Shown here: in pieces, positions 8,671-18,621 of the stretch
How positions within the stretch are numbered: position 1 is the first letter of the stretch
How the letters are laid out: each line of letters begins with the position of its first letter
Source: Gemmatimonadota bacterium
GTDB taxonomy: Bacteria; Gemmatimonadota; Gemmatimonadetes; Gemmatimonadales; GWC2-71-9
Assembly: GCA_031393795.1 (NCBI GenBank)
Contig: JANMWE010000222.1
Coordinates: 1 to 41,008, forward strand
DNA: 41,008 nucleotides
Direction of reading: 5' to 3'
Made by a program: the position numbers and the translations under genes
The notes under the pieces: model-generated
The model's database searches: none
Told to the model about the DNA's origin: nothing
The model's input: the letters and a program-made list of their open reading frames with translations, nothing else

Positions 8671-9823
8671 TTTTGGGCCCTCCCCTGGAGGGGCGTCCCC
8701 GCTGCCTTCCGATCGACAGCAGGATCCCGGTGCCGAGCAGCGACATCATCAGGCTCGAGCGGCCGTAGCTCATGAACGGCAGGGTGAGTCCCGTCGTCGG
8801 CATCATCCCCATCGTCACCGCCATATGGAGGAAGGCCGTGATGCCGATGCCCGTCGTGATCCCGGTGGCGAGGTACTGCCCGAACGGATCGGGCGCCGTG
8901 CGCGCGATGCGGTAGCCGAGCCAGACGAAGAGGCCGAAGAGGAGGACGATGGCGCAGACGCCGACGAACCCCCATTCCTCCCCGATCGAGCTGAAGAGGA
9001 AGTCGGAATAATTGTACGGCAAGTAGCCCAGCTTCTGCTGCCCCTGGCCGAATCCGACCCCGAACACCTGCCCGCTCCCGAACCCGATGAGCGACTGGTT
9101 GATCTGGAAACTTGCCGCGTCGCTCGCCTGTCCCGGATTGAGGAAGGTCGCCAGCCGGGCGGCACGATATTGGGTGTCGACGATCTTGGTGTAGACCAGC
9201 GGGAGCGCCACCATCCCGAGCAGCAGGAAGTAGGAGATCCGCGCTCCCGCGGTGAAGAGCACGATCCCGGCACCGAACGCGACCAGCATCGCCATTGACA
9301 GATTCGGTTCCAGGAAGACCAACCCCGACACGATGCCGATCACGACGAGGAATGGGAGGAGCCCCCGCTTGAACTCCCGGATCTGGGCCCCTTTCTTCGC
9401 CGCGAGCATCGCACACCAGATCACGATGACCAGGCGCGCCAACTCCGACGGCTGGAAATTCACCGGGCCCAGATCGACCCAGCGACGGGCGCCGTTGAGG
9501 GACGGCGCGATCCGGGAGGTCCCCGGCAGCACCGGGATCAGGAGGAAGAGGATCGTGACCAGGAGCATCGGCCAGGCGAGCTTCCGCCAGACCTGGTAGT
9601 CGAGCCGTGCCGCGATCAAGAGGAGGATCCCTCCCATCGCCGCGCCGGTCGCCTGGCGGAGCGCGTAGGCGAATCCGGTCGAGTCACCGGCGCGATTGGT
9701 CGCGAGGCTCAGCGCCCCGTACGTGCTGGCGATGCCGAACACCACCAGCGTCGCCGTCACCACGGCCAGGAGCCGCGTCTCCCAGCGGAGCTCCCCCGGA
9801 TGCCGGATCACGGACGCCGTCAT
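8666..9823 (-). CDS. ftsW: SEDS peptidoglycan polymerase FtsW
   Basis: About 10 TM segments, NGARRW, FQPSE, SDFLFSSIGEEWG, GLTLPFMSYG; dcw position. Confidence 0.96.
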   Translation of the reverse strand: MTASVIRHPGELRWETRLLAVVTATLVVFGIASTYGALSLATNRAGDSTGFAYALRQATGAAMGGILLLIAARLDYQVWRKLAWPMLLVTILFLLIPVLPGTSRIAPSLNGARRWVDLGPVNFQPSELARLVIVIWCAMLAAKKGAQIREFKRGLLPFLVVIGIVSGLVFLEPNLSMAMLVAFGAGIVLFTAGARISYFLLLGMVALPLVYTKIVDTQYRAARLATFLNPGQASDAASFQINQSLIGFGSGQVFGVGFGQGQQKLGYLPYNYSDFLFSSIGEEWGFVGVCAIVLLFGLFVWLGYRIARTAPDPFGQYLATGITTGIGITAFLHMAVTMGMMPTTGLTLPFMSYGRSSLMMSLLGTGILLSIGRQRGRPSRGGPKK

Positions 9824-11175
9824 CGGGCCGCCACCCAGGCGCGGAAGATGGCCCCCCGCTCTTCATAGTTCTTGAACATGTCGTAGCTCGAACAGGCCGG
9901 ACTTAGCAACACGGCATCCCCGGGCTCGGCCAGCCCCGCCGCGGTCCGGAGCACCGCGTCGAAATCGCTCCCCTGCCGGATCACCTTGAGTTTCCCCTTC
10001 AGGTCCTGCTCCACCTGCGCTCCCGACTCGCCATAGGCGATCACCGCCTTGCACCGCGTCCCCGCCGCCTCGGCCAGTCGCGTGTACGGCTCACCCTTGT
10101 GGCGCCCGCCGAGGAGGAGGATGAAGGGACGGTCGAGCCCCCGCACTGCCACTTCGGTCGATGCGATGTTGGTGGCCTTGGAATCGTTGATCCAGAGCAC
10201 CCCCTTCACCTCACCCACCGGCTCCATCCGGTGGGGCAGCGGCGAGAAGGTCCTGAGCCCCTCGGCGATGGCGCTGTGCGCCACCCCCGCGCGGTAGGCG
10301 ACCAGCATCGCCAGGAGCGCGTTGGCCACATTGTGGTCGCCGAACAGCGGAAAGCCCGACCGCGGCGCCACCGGCACATCCCCGATCATCAGCCGGTCCA
10401 CCGGCCGGTCGAACCAGGCGTCCGCCATCGTGCGCGTCGAGAAGCGCAGGTGCGTCCCCGGCACTTCACTCACCATCCCGCGACTGATCGGATCGTCGGC
10501 GTTGCTGATCCAGAGGGAGGTCGCGTCGGCGTTCAGGAAGAGGCGCGCCTTGTCGGCGTAGTACCCGGCCAGGTCGGGATAGGCGTCGAGATGGTCGGGC
10601 GCCAGGTTCGTCACCGCCCCGATCATCGGCCGGAGGCTCGGCATGTCGTGCAGCTGGAACGACGAGAGCTCCACCGCCAGCCAGTCGGGCCGCTGCGGCT
10701 CGAGCGCGATGGCCGAGAGCGGCGTCCCGATATTCCCGGCGGTCGTCGCGTCGATCCCGCCGATCTTGAGCAGGTGGCCGACGAGGGCCGTCGTGGTGGT
10801 CTTGCCGTTGGTGCCGGTGATGCAGGCGGTCTTGATCCCCGGCATCGCAAGGAGGCCGAGTTCCGCTTCGGCGATCTGAGGCACACCCGCGTCGGCCGCG
10901 GACTTCCGGGCCGGCGTGTTCGGATTGACCCCGGGCGAGACGACCGCGAGCTGCGCCTTGGCGATCCGGTCGAAGTCGTGGCCGTTGGTCTGGACCGCCG
11001 CGCCGAGCTGGCGGAGCGCCTCGATATCATCGGGACCGGCACCGGTGCCGGCGTCGGAGGCGTACACGGCGAGCCCTTCGCGCCGGAGGAGCCGGGTGGC
11101 GGCGATCCCGCTCTTGCCGAGTCCGATCACGGCGACCTCGCGCCCGTCGGCACGCCACGCGTCGAAGGGACTCAC
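9820..11175 (-). CDS. murD: UDP-MurNAc-L-Ala--D-Glu ligase
   Basis: GLGKSG, VSPG, ITGTNGKTTT, ELSSFQL, NDSKATN, LSPACSSYD. Start GTG 11175 overlaps the mraY stop. Confidence 0.97.
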   Translation of the reverse strand: MSPFDAWRADGREVAVIGLGKSGIAATRLLRREGLAVYASDAGTGAGPDDIEALRQLGAAVQTNGHDFDRIAKAQLAVVSPGVNPNTPARKSAADAGVPQIAEAELGLLAMPGIKTACITGTNGKTTTTALVGHLLKIGGIDATTAGNIGTPLSAIALEPQRPDWLAVELSSFQLHDMPSLRPMIGAVTNLAPDHLDAYPDLAGYYADKARLFLNADATSLWISNADDPISRGMVSEVPGTHLRFSTRTMADAWFDRPVDRLMIGDVPVAPRSGFPLFGDHNVANALLAMLVAYRAGVAHSAIAEGLRTFSPLPHRMEPVGEVKGVLWINDSKATNIASTEVAVRGLDRPFILLLGGRHKGEPYTRLAEAAGTRCKAVIAYGESGAQVEQDLKGKLKVIRQGSDFDAVLRTAAGLAEPGDAVLLSPACSSYDMFKNYEERGAIFRAWVAAR

Positions 11176-12299
11176 CGGAGCTTGAGCGTCCCGAGGGCGA
11201 TGAGGGCGCAGAGGATCCCGAGGATCCAGAACCGCACGACCACCGTGGTCTCCTGCCAACCGAGCTTCTCGAAGTGATGATGCAGCGGCGCCATCCGGAA
11301 GACCTTGTGGGTGTCGGCGTACTCCCGGCCCCGCGTCCGCTTGAGCCACTTGTAGGTCCCGGTCTGCAGCATCACCGAGAGGGTCTCCGCCACGAACACT
11401 CCGCCTACCAGCACCAGGAGGAACTCCGCCTTGAGCAGGATCGCCACGGTGCCGAAGGCGCCGCCGATGGCGAGGCTCCCGGTGTCCCCCATGAAGACCT
11501 GCGCCGGCGGCGCGTTGAACCAGAGGAAGCCGAGCGAGGCCCCCATCAGCGCACCGCAGAAGATGGCGAGCTCACCAGCGCCCGGGAGATAGAAAAGGTT
11601 GAGGTACTGCGTCATGTCGACGCGACCGAACAGGTAGGCAAAGAGCGCGAAGGTGCCGGCGCCGATGGCCGTGAGCCCGGTCGCGAGCCCGTCGAGCCCA
11701 TCGGTCAGGTTCACCGCATTGCTGAACCCCGCCACGACGCCGGTCACGAAGACCACGTAGAGCCAGGGTGCGAAGGTCACCACCACGTACTTGAAGAAGG
11801 GGATGGTCGTCCCGGTGGCGGGGATGGTCTCCGGCGGCACGGCGGGCCAGAAGATCAGCGTGAGCCCGAGCGCCACCCCGAAGCTGCACTGCCCGATGAG
11901 CTTCCACTTGGCCACGAGCCCGCGTGACTTTCCCTGCACGATCTTGAGATAGTCGTCGACGAACCCGATCCCCCCCATCCAGAGCGTCGCCCCCAGCGCG
12001 GTCACCACGAACCGGCTGGGGAGATCGGCCCAGAGGATGGTGGACACGGCCACCGAAACGAGGATGATCACCCCCCCCATCGTGGGCGTGCCCCGCTTCC
12101 CCTGATGGCTGGCGGGCCCCTCGGCGCGGATCACCTGCCCCACCTTCCTCTCCCGGAGCCGCCGGATCACCCAGGGGCCGATGACGAACGCCAGGAGGAT
12201 GGCCGTCACCACCGCCCCCGCCGTCCGGAAGCTCAGGTAGTTGAACAGATTGAAGATGAGGTACTGCTTGCTCAGCGGTCCGAGCAGGAAGTGGAGCAT
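11172..12299 (-). CDS. mraY: Phospho-MurNAc-pentapeptide transferase
   Basis: KRGTPTMGG, GFVDDYLK, NAVNLTDGLDGL, FMGDTGS, MAPLHHHFE. Confidence 0.99.
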   Translation of the reverse strand: MLHFLLGPLSKQYLIFNLFNYLSFRTAGAVVTAILLAFVIGPWVIRRLRERKVGQVIRAEGPASHQGKRGTPTMGGVIILVSVAVSTILWADLPSRFVVTALGATLWMGGIGFVDDYLKIVQGKSRGLVAKWKLIGQCSFGVALGLTLIFWPAVPPETIPATGTTIPFFKYVVVTFAPWLYVVFVTGVVAGFSNAVNLTDGLDGLATGLTAIGAGTFALFAYLFGRVDMTQYLNLFYLPGAGELAIFCGALMGASLGFLWFNAPPAQVFMGDTGSLAIGGAFGTVAILLKAEFLLVLVGGVFVAETLSVMLQTGTYKWLKRTRGREYADTHKVFRMAPLHHHFEKLGWQETTVVVRFWILGILCALIALGTLKLR

Positions 12300-12305
12300 C
12301 GTCCC

Positions 12306-13655
12306 TCAGTGCGATGGGGCGGTGGACGTGATGCCGAGTGCCGGAAGTATGCGTTCGAGCGCGGGCCCGCGGGAGGCCTTGAGGACCACGAGTTCGTCCC
12401 CCTGGAGCCGGGCGGCGAGGAGCGGGGCGAGCGCCACCGCGTCGGGGGCGGTCAGGAGCCGGTCGCCGAGCGCGACCCGGTGGCGTTCGAAGGCGGGGAC
12501 GAACTCACCCACCGCGGCCACCAGCTCCGGCCCGAGCGCCACCAGGGCGTCGGCCACTTCCGCGTGATAGCGCCCGCTGTCGGCGCCGAGCTCCCGCATC
12601 GTCCCCGCCACGAAGACGAGTCGTCGTCCCCCGCGCATCGTCCGCGCCACGTCGATGACGGCACGGAAGCTCGCAGGATTGGCGTTGTAGGCGTCGTTGA
12701 GGACCGTGAGCCCGCCGTGCTGGATCAATTCGCCCCGTCCCCCCGGGAGGACGAGACTGGCGAGCGCGGAGGCCATCGCCGTGGGGTCGCAGAAGAGTTC
12801 CCGCCCCACCGTCCAGGCCAGCATCGCGTTCCCCACCTGATGACGGCCGCGGATCGGGAGGTGCACGGTGTGGCCATCGATGCGGAAGATCGGTTCGCCC
12901 ACTGCATCGACCCGCACGTCATCCGGGACCCGATCCGCCGCGGTCAGCCCGGCCGTGAGGACACGGGTCGCCACCCGCTGGGCGCCTTCCGCCAGGCGCG
13001 GCGGGTCGGTCCCCACCACGGCGAGCGGGGCTTCGCGCGCCAGCGAAAGCTTTTCGAGCATCACGCCTTCCACCGACCGGAATCCGTCCAGGTGGCTCGG
13101 CTGGACATTGGTGATGACCACGATCGTGGGCTCGATGATGTCCCGCGCGCGGGCCAACTCTCCCGCCTCGCTCGCCCCCGCCTCGATGACCAGGGCGTCG
13201 GTGCCGGGTGGGGCCGCGAGGATGGTCTGCGGCACCCCCACGAGATTGTTGAGGTTGAGCCGGGTGGCGTGCACCCGCCAGCGGGTGCGGAGCACGGCGG
13301 CGAGCATCTCCTTGGTGCTGGTCTTTCCGTTGCTGCCGGTGATCGCCACCACGGGACCGGTGATCTCGCGTCGCCGTTCGCGCCCCAGGCGCCCATAGGC
13401 GGCCAGCGTATCGCCCACCTCGATCAGCGTGAGGCCTTGGACCACCGGCGTCCCCCGCCGCACCACCGCGGCAGCGGCCCCCTTTTCCCGCGCGGCGGCG
13501 AGGTGGGCGTGACCGTCGAACTGCTCCCCGACCAGCGCCACGAAGAGCGCCCCGGGCGCCAGCGTCCGAGTGTCGGTCGAGATCTCCGAGAAGCCCCGCC
13601 CCGCCACCGGGACGCCCAGGGCGCGCGCCACGAACTCCGCGCTCCAGCGACTCAT
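12306..13655 (-). CDS. murF: UDP-MurNAc-tripeptide--D-Ala-D-Ala ligase
   Basis: STDTR, FDGH, ITGSNGKTSTKE, NDAYNANP, MRELG, LKASRG. Confidence 0.96.
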   Translation of the reverse strand: MSRWSAEFVARALGVPVAGRGFSEISTDTRTLAPGALFVALVGEQFDGHAHLAAAREKGAAAAVVRRGTPVVQGLTLIEVGDTLAAYGRLGRERRREITGPVVAITGSNGKTSTKEMLAAVLRTRWRVHATRLNLNNLVGVPQTILAAPPGTDALVIEAGASEAGELARARDIIEPTIVVITNVQPSHLDGFRSVEGVMLEKLSLAREAPLAVVGTDPPRLAEGAQRVATRVLTAGLTAADRVPDDVRVDAVGEPIFRIDGHTVHLPIRGRHQVGNAMLAWTVGRELFCDPTAMASALASLVLPGGRGELIQHGGLTVLNDAYNANPASFRAVIDVARTMRGGRRLVFVAGTMRELGADSGRYHAEVADALVALGPELVAAVGEFVPAFERHRVALGDRLLTAPDAVALAPLLAARLQGDELVVLKASRGPALERILPALGITSTAPSH

Positions 13656-15124
13656 CGGCGCCCCACCGCGGCGTGGACGATCGTCGGCTCGTCGAAGGGG
13701 ATCTTCTCCTTGCCCATGATCTGGTAGGTCTCGTGCCCCTTGCCGGCCAGGAGCAGCGTGTCCCCCGGCAGCAGCAGCGCCACCGCGGCGTGGATCGCCT
13801 CTTCCCGGTCGAGGATGCGGATCACCTTCCCCGCCCCGCCCCCCGGGATCCCGGCCATGATGTCGTCGATGATCCGCTCAGGATCCTCGGTGCGCGGATT
13901 GTCGGTCGTCAGGATCACGAGGTCCGACCGCTCGGCGGCGATCCGCCCCATTTCCGGGCGCTTGCCCCGGTCACGATCGCCACCGCAGCCGAAGACCACG
14001 ATCACGCGTCCCCGCGTGAGCGGACGGAGGGTCGCGAGCACCCGCTCGTAGGCATCGGGCGTGTGCATGTAGTCGCGGAGCACCACGAACGGGGCGCCGA
14101 CCAGCACGTCCATCCTCCCGGGCACCTGGGGCGCGCTCGCGAGCCGCGCCACGACCTCCTCCAGCGGGCGGCCGAGTACCAGCGCCGCACCCGCGGCGCC
14201 GAGGGCGTTGCTCAGGTTGAAATCGCCGATGAGGGGGATCCGCACGGCGGCGTTCCCCCAGCGCGACCGGAGCGTGAAGCTCGTCCCCCCCGCCTCGCTC
14301 ACGACCTCTTCGGCGCGGAGGTCGGCGTCGGGCCGGAGACCGAAGGCCACCCGACGGGCGGGAGGCAGGGACGGCAGGGCATCCCACGCCGGGTCATCTG
14401 CATTGGTGACTGCACTGCCGTCGGTGCCGAGGAGCCCTATCAGCTTCGCCTTGGCCGCGAAGTAATGCTCCATCGTGCGATGGTAATCGAGGTGTTCGCG
14501 GGTCAGGTTGGTGAAGATCGCCGCCCCGAACGCGAGGCCGTCGAGGCGCCCCTGGTCGAGGGCGTGGGAGCTCGTCTCCATCGCGACGGTCCGCACCCCG
14601 CGGTCGCGGAGGGCGGCGAAGGTGGCCTGCAGGTCGATCGCCCCCGGCGTGGTGAGCGATCCCGCGGTGGAGGGGACCATCTCCCCCTTCCCGTCGAAGG
14701 CGCCGATCGTGCCGATCACTCCCGCGGTGCCGTCGGCATTGAGGAGGTGACGGACGATGGTGGAGGTGGTCGTCTTCCCGTTGGTGCCCGTGACGGCGAT
14801 GAGCGTCATCGCGCGGGCGGGGTCGCCGTACCACGCCCGCGCCACCGCGATCGCGGCCAGGCGCCCATCGCGCACCACGACCTCGGGAAGCCCGGTCCCG
14901 AGCGGACGCTCCACCACGAGCGCGACGGCACCCGACGCGACGGCCTGGGACGCGAAATCGTGCCCATCCGCCTGCGTCCCCCGGATCGCGAGGTAGAGGG
15001 TGCCGGCCTTCGACTTGCGACTGTCATCGGTGAGCCCCGCGAGCGTCGGGGTCTCCTTCGGCGCCGTGACGAGGAGGTCGGCCCGGCGGAGCGCATCGAG
15101 GAGCGTCGCGAAGCGGGCGGTCAT
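13652..15124 (-). CDS. murE: UDP-MurNAc-L-Ala-D-Glu--2,6-diaminopimelate ligase
   Basis: DDSR, VTGTNGKTT, METSSHAL, FGCGGDRD, DNPR (meso-DAP-type motif), AGKGHE. ATG 15124 overlaps the ftsI stop. Confidence 0.97.
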   Translation of the reverse strand: MTARFATLLDALRRADLLVTAPKETPTLAGLTDDSRKSKAGTLYLAIRGTQADGHDFASQAVASGAVALVVERPLGTGLPEVVVRDGRLAAIAVARAWYGDPARAMTLIAVTGTNGKTTTSTIVRHLLNADGTAGVIGTIGAFDGKGEMVPSTAGSLTTPGAIDLQATFAALRDRGVRTVAMETSSHALDQGRLDGLAFGAAIFTNLTREHLDYHRTMEHYFAAKAKLIGLLGTDGSAVTNADDPAWDALPSLPPARRVAFGLRPDADLRAEEVVSEAGGTSFTLRSRWGNAAVRIPLIGDFNLSNALGAAGAALVLGRPLEEVVARLASAPQVPGRMDVLVGAPFVVLRDYMHTPDAYERVLATLRPLTRGRVIVVFGCGGDRDRGKRPEMGRIAAERSDLVILTTDNPRTEDPERIIDDIMAGIPGGGAGKVIRILDREEAIHAAVALLLPGDTLLLAGKGHETYQIMGKEKIPFDEPTIVHAAVGRR

Positions 15125-17085
15125 TCGGTGTAGACCGTGACGGTCGATCGTTGCGGGACGGCCGTCCCGGCCACCGGATCGGTCCGCGTCACCCGTCCGA
15201 TCCCGCGCAGGTCGACGTGAAGCCCGCGCCGGTGCAACGCGAGCGCAGCGGTCCGGACCCCCTGTCCGGCGACCGACGGGACCGTCACCGGAGCGGGCCG
15301 GGTGGTATCCGCCACCGGCGGCCACGGCACGACGACACTTTGGCGCGGCACTTCCTCCACCGCGGAGCCGGGATCGCGGCGCGGTGCGCGCGCGCCGGTG
15401 TCACCCGTCAGCCGCGCCCGGTCGATCGCGACCCGGCGGCTCGCCAGCGCCTGCTCGAGCATCCGCCGCACCACTGGTGCCGCGGTGGTGCCACCGTACC
15501 CGCTCCCGACGCGCGGGCTGTCCAGTTTCACGACCACGATGAGCTGTGGGTCATCGGCGGGGAACATCGCGGCGAAGCTCGCGGTCTGTTCTCCGGGCAC
15601 ATAGGCTCCGTCGCGGAAGCGCCGCGCGGTGCCAGTCTTGCCGAGGAGCGGATAGTTGGCCAACTGACCCATCTCCCCCGTGCCACCTTCCGCGACCACA
15701 CCGCGGAGGAACTCCCGCAGCCGGGTGGCCACCTCGGCACTCACGGCCCGGCGCACCGGTTCGGTCCGATGTCGGTACACGACGGAGCCGTCGTTGTCCC
15801 GGATCTCCCGCACCAGTGCGGGAGTGAGCAGGACGCCGCCGTTGGCGATGGCGCCGTACGCGGCCGCGAGCTGCAGCGGCGTCACGCCGAATTCGTATCC
15901 GATCGCGAGGGAGGGCCGGGTCAACGTCGTCCACCGCTCGGGGCGGGTCAGGATCCCCCGGCTCTCGGCGGGATATTCGACCCCGGTGGGGCTCCCGAAC
16001 CCGAAGGCACGCAGCTGCTCGTACTGCTCCCCCGGCTGCAGGCGCTGCGAGAACTTGGCCATCGCGATGTTGCTCGATACCCCGATGGCGCGGGCGAGCG
16101 TGACCCGTCCGCGCTCCGGGTGCACATCAGTGAGGATCCGGGTGGTGCCTCGCGTGTCGATCGGCATCGCCCAGCGACCGTTCTCCCCACTCACGGCATC
16201 GGTGCTGTCCACGCGGTCCAACGCCACGAGTGCCGCCGCCGTGAAGAGCTTGGCCGTCGAGCCGGGTTCGAAGGGGTCGGTGATGCTCGAGGGATGGGAG
16301 GAACTGCCGCCGGACTGGCGCGACGCGAGCGCGAGGATCTCGCCTGAGCGTGGATCCAGGAACACGATGTCCCCGCCGTCCGCATCGAGCGCCTCCAGCG
16401 CATCGCCCAGCCCCTGCTCGGCGATGTCCTGGAGCTCCGCGTCCAGGGTGAGGTACACGTCTCCACCCGGGATCGGGGAGCGGAGCCGCCGCGAGGGCGA
16501 GTCGTACCGCCGCCCGGCCCGGTCCTTCTGTACGGTCGTCTCCCCCGGTACGCCCCGGAGCACCGAATCCAGGACGAGTTCCAACCCGGACCCGCCGACC
16601 GCACTGTCGGGATCGAGCGTACCGATGATCGGGCGCGCCAATCCCTGCGCCGGGTAGAACCGGGCGAACTCTCCCTCGAGGTGCACCCCCTTCAGCGCCC
16701 GGATCGACTCGACCTGCGCAGCCGTGAACGGGCCGTGATAGTAGATCCAGCTCTTCCCCGACCGCATCTCCCCCCGTATCCGGTCGGCGTCGATGCCCAG
16801 CGCACGCGCGACGACGCGGACCGCCGTGGCGGGGTCCGCAAACTCGTTGGGCGCGAGTCCGATGTGGTAGTACTCCTGGGTGATCGCGAGCGGCACGCCG
16901 TTCCGGTCGCGGATGGCGCCCCGACGGGCCGGAAGCACCTCGCGGACAGTGCGCGCCCGCTCCGCTTCGCCCGCGAATTCCCTCCCCCGCACCAGCTGCA
17001 GCCGCCCCGCCTGCACGACGGCGGCGAGCAGCGCGAGGCCAAGACCGACCTGCACGACGGTGAGCCTGGTCTCGAACTTGGCCAT
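15121..17085 (-). CDS. ftsI: Class B penicillin-binding protein (FtsI/PBP3-like) with C-terminal PASTA-like domain
   Basis: N-terminal TM, RRGAIRDRNG, EPGSTAK (SxxK), SSN (SxN), KTGTA, C-terminal VPSVAGQ...TVTV. Start set at ATG 17085. Confidence 0.93.
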   Translation of the reverse strand: MAKFETRLTVVQVGLGLALLAAVVQAGRLQLVRGREFAGEAERARTVREVLPARRGAIRDRNGVPLAITQEYYHIGLAPNEFADPATAVRVVARALGIDADRIRGEMRSGKSWIYYHGPFTAAQVESIRALKGVHLEGEFARFYPAQGLARPIIGTLDPDSAVGGSGLELVLDSVLRGVPGETTVQKDRAGRRYDSPSRRLRSPIPGGDVYLTLDAELQDIAEQGLGDALEALDADGGDIVFLDPRSGEILALASRQSGGSSSHPSSITDPFEPGSTAKLFTAAALVALDRVDSTDAVSGENGRWAMPIDTRGTTRILTDVHPERGRVTLARAIGVSSNIAMAKFSQRLQPGEQYEQLRAFGFGSPTGVEYPAESRGILTRPERWTTLTRPSLAIGYEFGVTPLQLAAAYGAIANGGVLLTPALVREIRDNDGSVVYRHRTEPVRRAVSAEVATRLREFLRGVVAEGGTGEMGQLANYPLLGKTGTARRFRDGAYVPGEQTASFAAMFPADDPQLIVVVKLDSPRVGSGYGGTTAAPVVRRMLEQALASRRVAIDRARLTGDTGARAPRRDPGSAVEEVPRQSVVVPWPPVADTTRPAPVTVPSVAGQGVRTAALALHRRGLHVDLRGIGRVTRTDPVAGTAVPQRSTVTVYTE

Positions 17086-17087
17086 CG

Positions 17088-17534
17088 CTATCGGTGGCGG
17101 GTGCGGGGACGGGGGCGGGCGGCGGGGTGCCGCGCCGCGGGCTTCCGCGCCGGAGCCCGGGCCGTCACGCGGGGCTTGGCCGGTGCCTTCCTGACCGTGT
17201 CGGCCCTGGGTCCGTCGGTGCCGAGGAGTGCCTCGGGCGGGAGGCCGCCCGAGACGCCGTCCGGGATGGAGAGGACCGTGATCTCGCCGGCGGCGGGTTC
17301 GTGCAGTCCGAGAGTGGCGGCGGCCCGGGGCACCAGTATCTGGCGGCTCGAGGCCTGCCGGATCCGTCGGTCGAGTTCGCCGCGGCGCGACTCCAATCCG
17401 GCCCGTTCGTCCCGCGCACTCCGGAGCGCCTGGGCGGTGGCGAAGCCGCTGGTCTGCCGCGCGGCCACGCTGCCGAGCGTGCCGAGCGCCACCACCAGCC
17501 AGAGCATGACCCAGTGCCGACCTTTCAGCGTCAT
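17088..17534 (-). CDS. ftsL: FtsL-like bitopic coiled-coil protein with basic C-terminal tail
   Basis: Short N-terminus, TM, heptad coiled coil ending AATLGLHEP; sits between rsmH and ftsI, the canonical ftsL position. Confidence 0.7.
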   Translation of the reverse strand: MTLKGRHWVMLWLVVALGTLGSVAARQTSGFATAQALRSARDERAGLESRRGELDRRIRQASSRQILVPRAAATLGLHEPAAGEITVLSIPDGVSGGLPPEALLGTDGPRADTVRKAPAKPRVTARAPARKPAARHPAARPRPRTRHR

Positions 17535-18439
17535 TCGGCCTTGCGGAAGATGCGGAGCTTGGCGCTCCGCGCCCGGGGGTTGGCCGCCACCTCGGCAGCG
17601 TCAGGGACGATCGGCTTGCGGGGAACGAGGACGCCGAGCGGGGTGCCGCGGCAGGTGCAGATCGGCTGTTCCGGAGGGCAGATGCAGGAGCGGGCCCAGG
17701 CCTGGAACAACTGCTTCGCCACGCGGTCCTCACCCGAATGATAACCGATCACGGCCAGGTGTCCCCCTGGTCGGAGCGCGTCGAGGAAGGCGGGGAGGGC
17801 GCGCTCGAGCCCCTCGAGCTCGTCGTTCACCGCGATCCGGAGCGACTGGAAGAGCCGGGCGAAATCGCCTGGACCGCTGCGCGGGCCCAGGACCGACCGG
17901 ATGGCGTTCACGAGGTCGTCGCTCACCACGAAGGGGGCGTTGGCGCGGCGGCGCACGATGGCCCGCGCCAACTGGCGCGCCTTTCGCTCATCGCCCCAGT
18001 AATGGAAGATGTCGGCGAGGGTCTCTTCCTCGGCCTCGTTGAGGAGGTCGGCACCGGAGGGCCCTTCCCGCCCCATCCGCATGTCGAGCGCCGCCCCGGG
18101 ACGGAAGGTGAAGCCGCGAGTATCATCGTCCAGCTGCCGTGACGAGACGCCGAGATCGAGCAGGATGAAGTCGGGGGCGAAGGCCTTTACCGCCGCGAGC
18201 CCTTCGTCGCTCGCGAAGGGCGCCTCGAGGGTCTGGAGCCCTGCCCCGAGCCGCGCCCGCGCGATGGCCAGCGCCTCCGGATCGCGATCGATGCCGAGCA
18301 CCTCGGCGCCGAGGGCGAGGAACATCTCCGCGTGCCCGCCGTGCCCCAGGGTCGCGTCCACGACGCGACGGGCGCCCCGGGCCGCCGCGCGGATGGGGTC
18401 GAGGAGGACGGGGATGTGGGAAGGCGCGGGTGTCGTCAT
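17531..18439 (-). CDS. rsmH: 16S rRNA m4C1402 methyltransferase
   Basis: HIPVLL, DATLGHGGH, LDLGVSS, LDMRM, FQSLRIAVNDEL, HSGEDR, NPRARSAKLR. Confidence 0.98.
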   Translation of the reverse strand: MTTPAPSHIPVLLDPIRAAARGARRVVDATLGHGGHAEMFLALGAEVLGIDRDPEALAIARARLGAGLQTLEAPFASDEGLAAVKAFAPDFILLDLGVSSRQLDDDTRGFTFRPGAALDMRMGREGPSGADLLNEAEEETLADIFHYWGDERKARQLARAIVRRRANAPFVVSDDLVNAIRSVLGPRSGPGDFARLFQSLRIAVNDELEGLERALPAFLDALRPGGHLAVIGYHSGEDRVAKQLFQAWARSCICPPEQPICTCRGTPLGVLVPRKPIVPDAAEVAANPRARSAKLRIFRKAE

Positions 18440-18455
18440 AGGGCCTTGAACGGAG

Positions 18456-18485
18456 ACACCCCGGCGGCCGAGGCCGACGGGGTGT
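18456..18485. terminator. GC-rich hairpin between tRNA-Asp and rsmH (possible terminator or processing stem)
   Basis: ACACCCCGGCGGCC GA GGCCGACGGGGTGT inverted repeat; no clear U-tract on the minus strand. Confidence 0.4.
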
Positions 18486-18503
18486 TCCTATTTGCGCAGC
18501 GAG

Positions 18504-18578
18504 CGGGGCTGACGGGGCTCGAACCCGCGACCTCCGCAGTGACAGTGCGGCACTCTAACCAAGCTGAGCTACAGCCCC
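18504..18578 (-). tRNA. tRNA-Asp (GTC)
   Basis: GGGGCTGTAGCTCAGCTTGGTTAGAGTGCCGCACTGTCACTGCGGAGGTCGCGGGTTCGAGCCCCGTCAGCCCCG; cloverleaf, anticodon loop CTGTCAC, T-loop GTTCGAG; CCA not encoded. Confidence 0.97.
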
Positions 18579-18592
18579 TGCACAGGTCGGCG

Positions 18593-18621
18593 AAGATACA
18601 ACCGCCGGGGTCCTATTGGAA
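18593..18621 (-). promoter_or_regulatory. Putative sigma70 promoter for tRNA-Asp (and possibly the dcw cluster)
   Basis: TTCCAA-17 bp-TATCTT, 14 nt upstream of the tRNA 5' end. Confidence 0.55.

Noticed and set aside
15121-17733. Long N-terminal extensions given by the ORF track for ftsI (also murE, murD, murG, hisA, cheW, cheD, rluD, peptidase)
   Set aside because: They overlap upstream genes out of frame and are Arg/Pro/Gly-rich noise; downstream starts give stop/start coupling and family-typical lengths.
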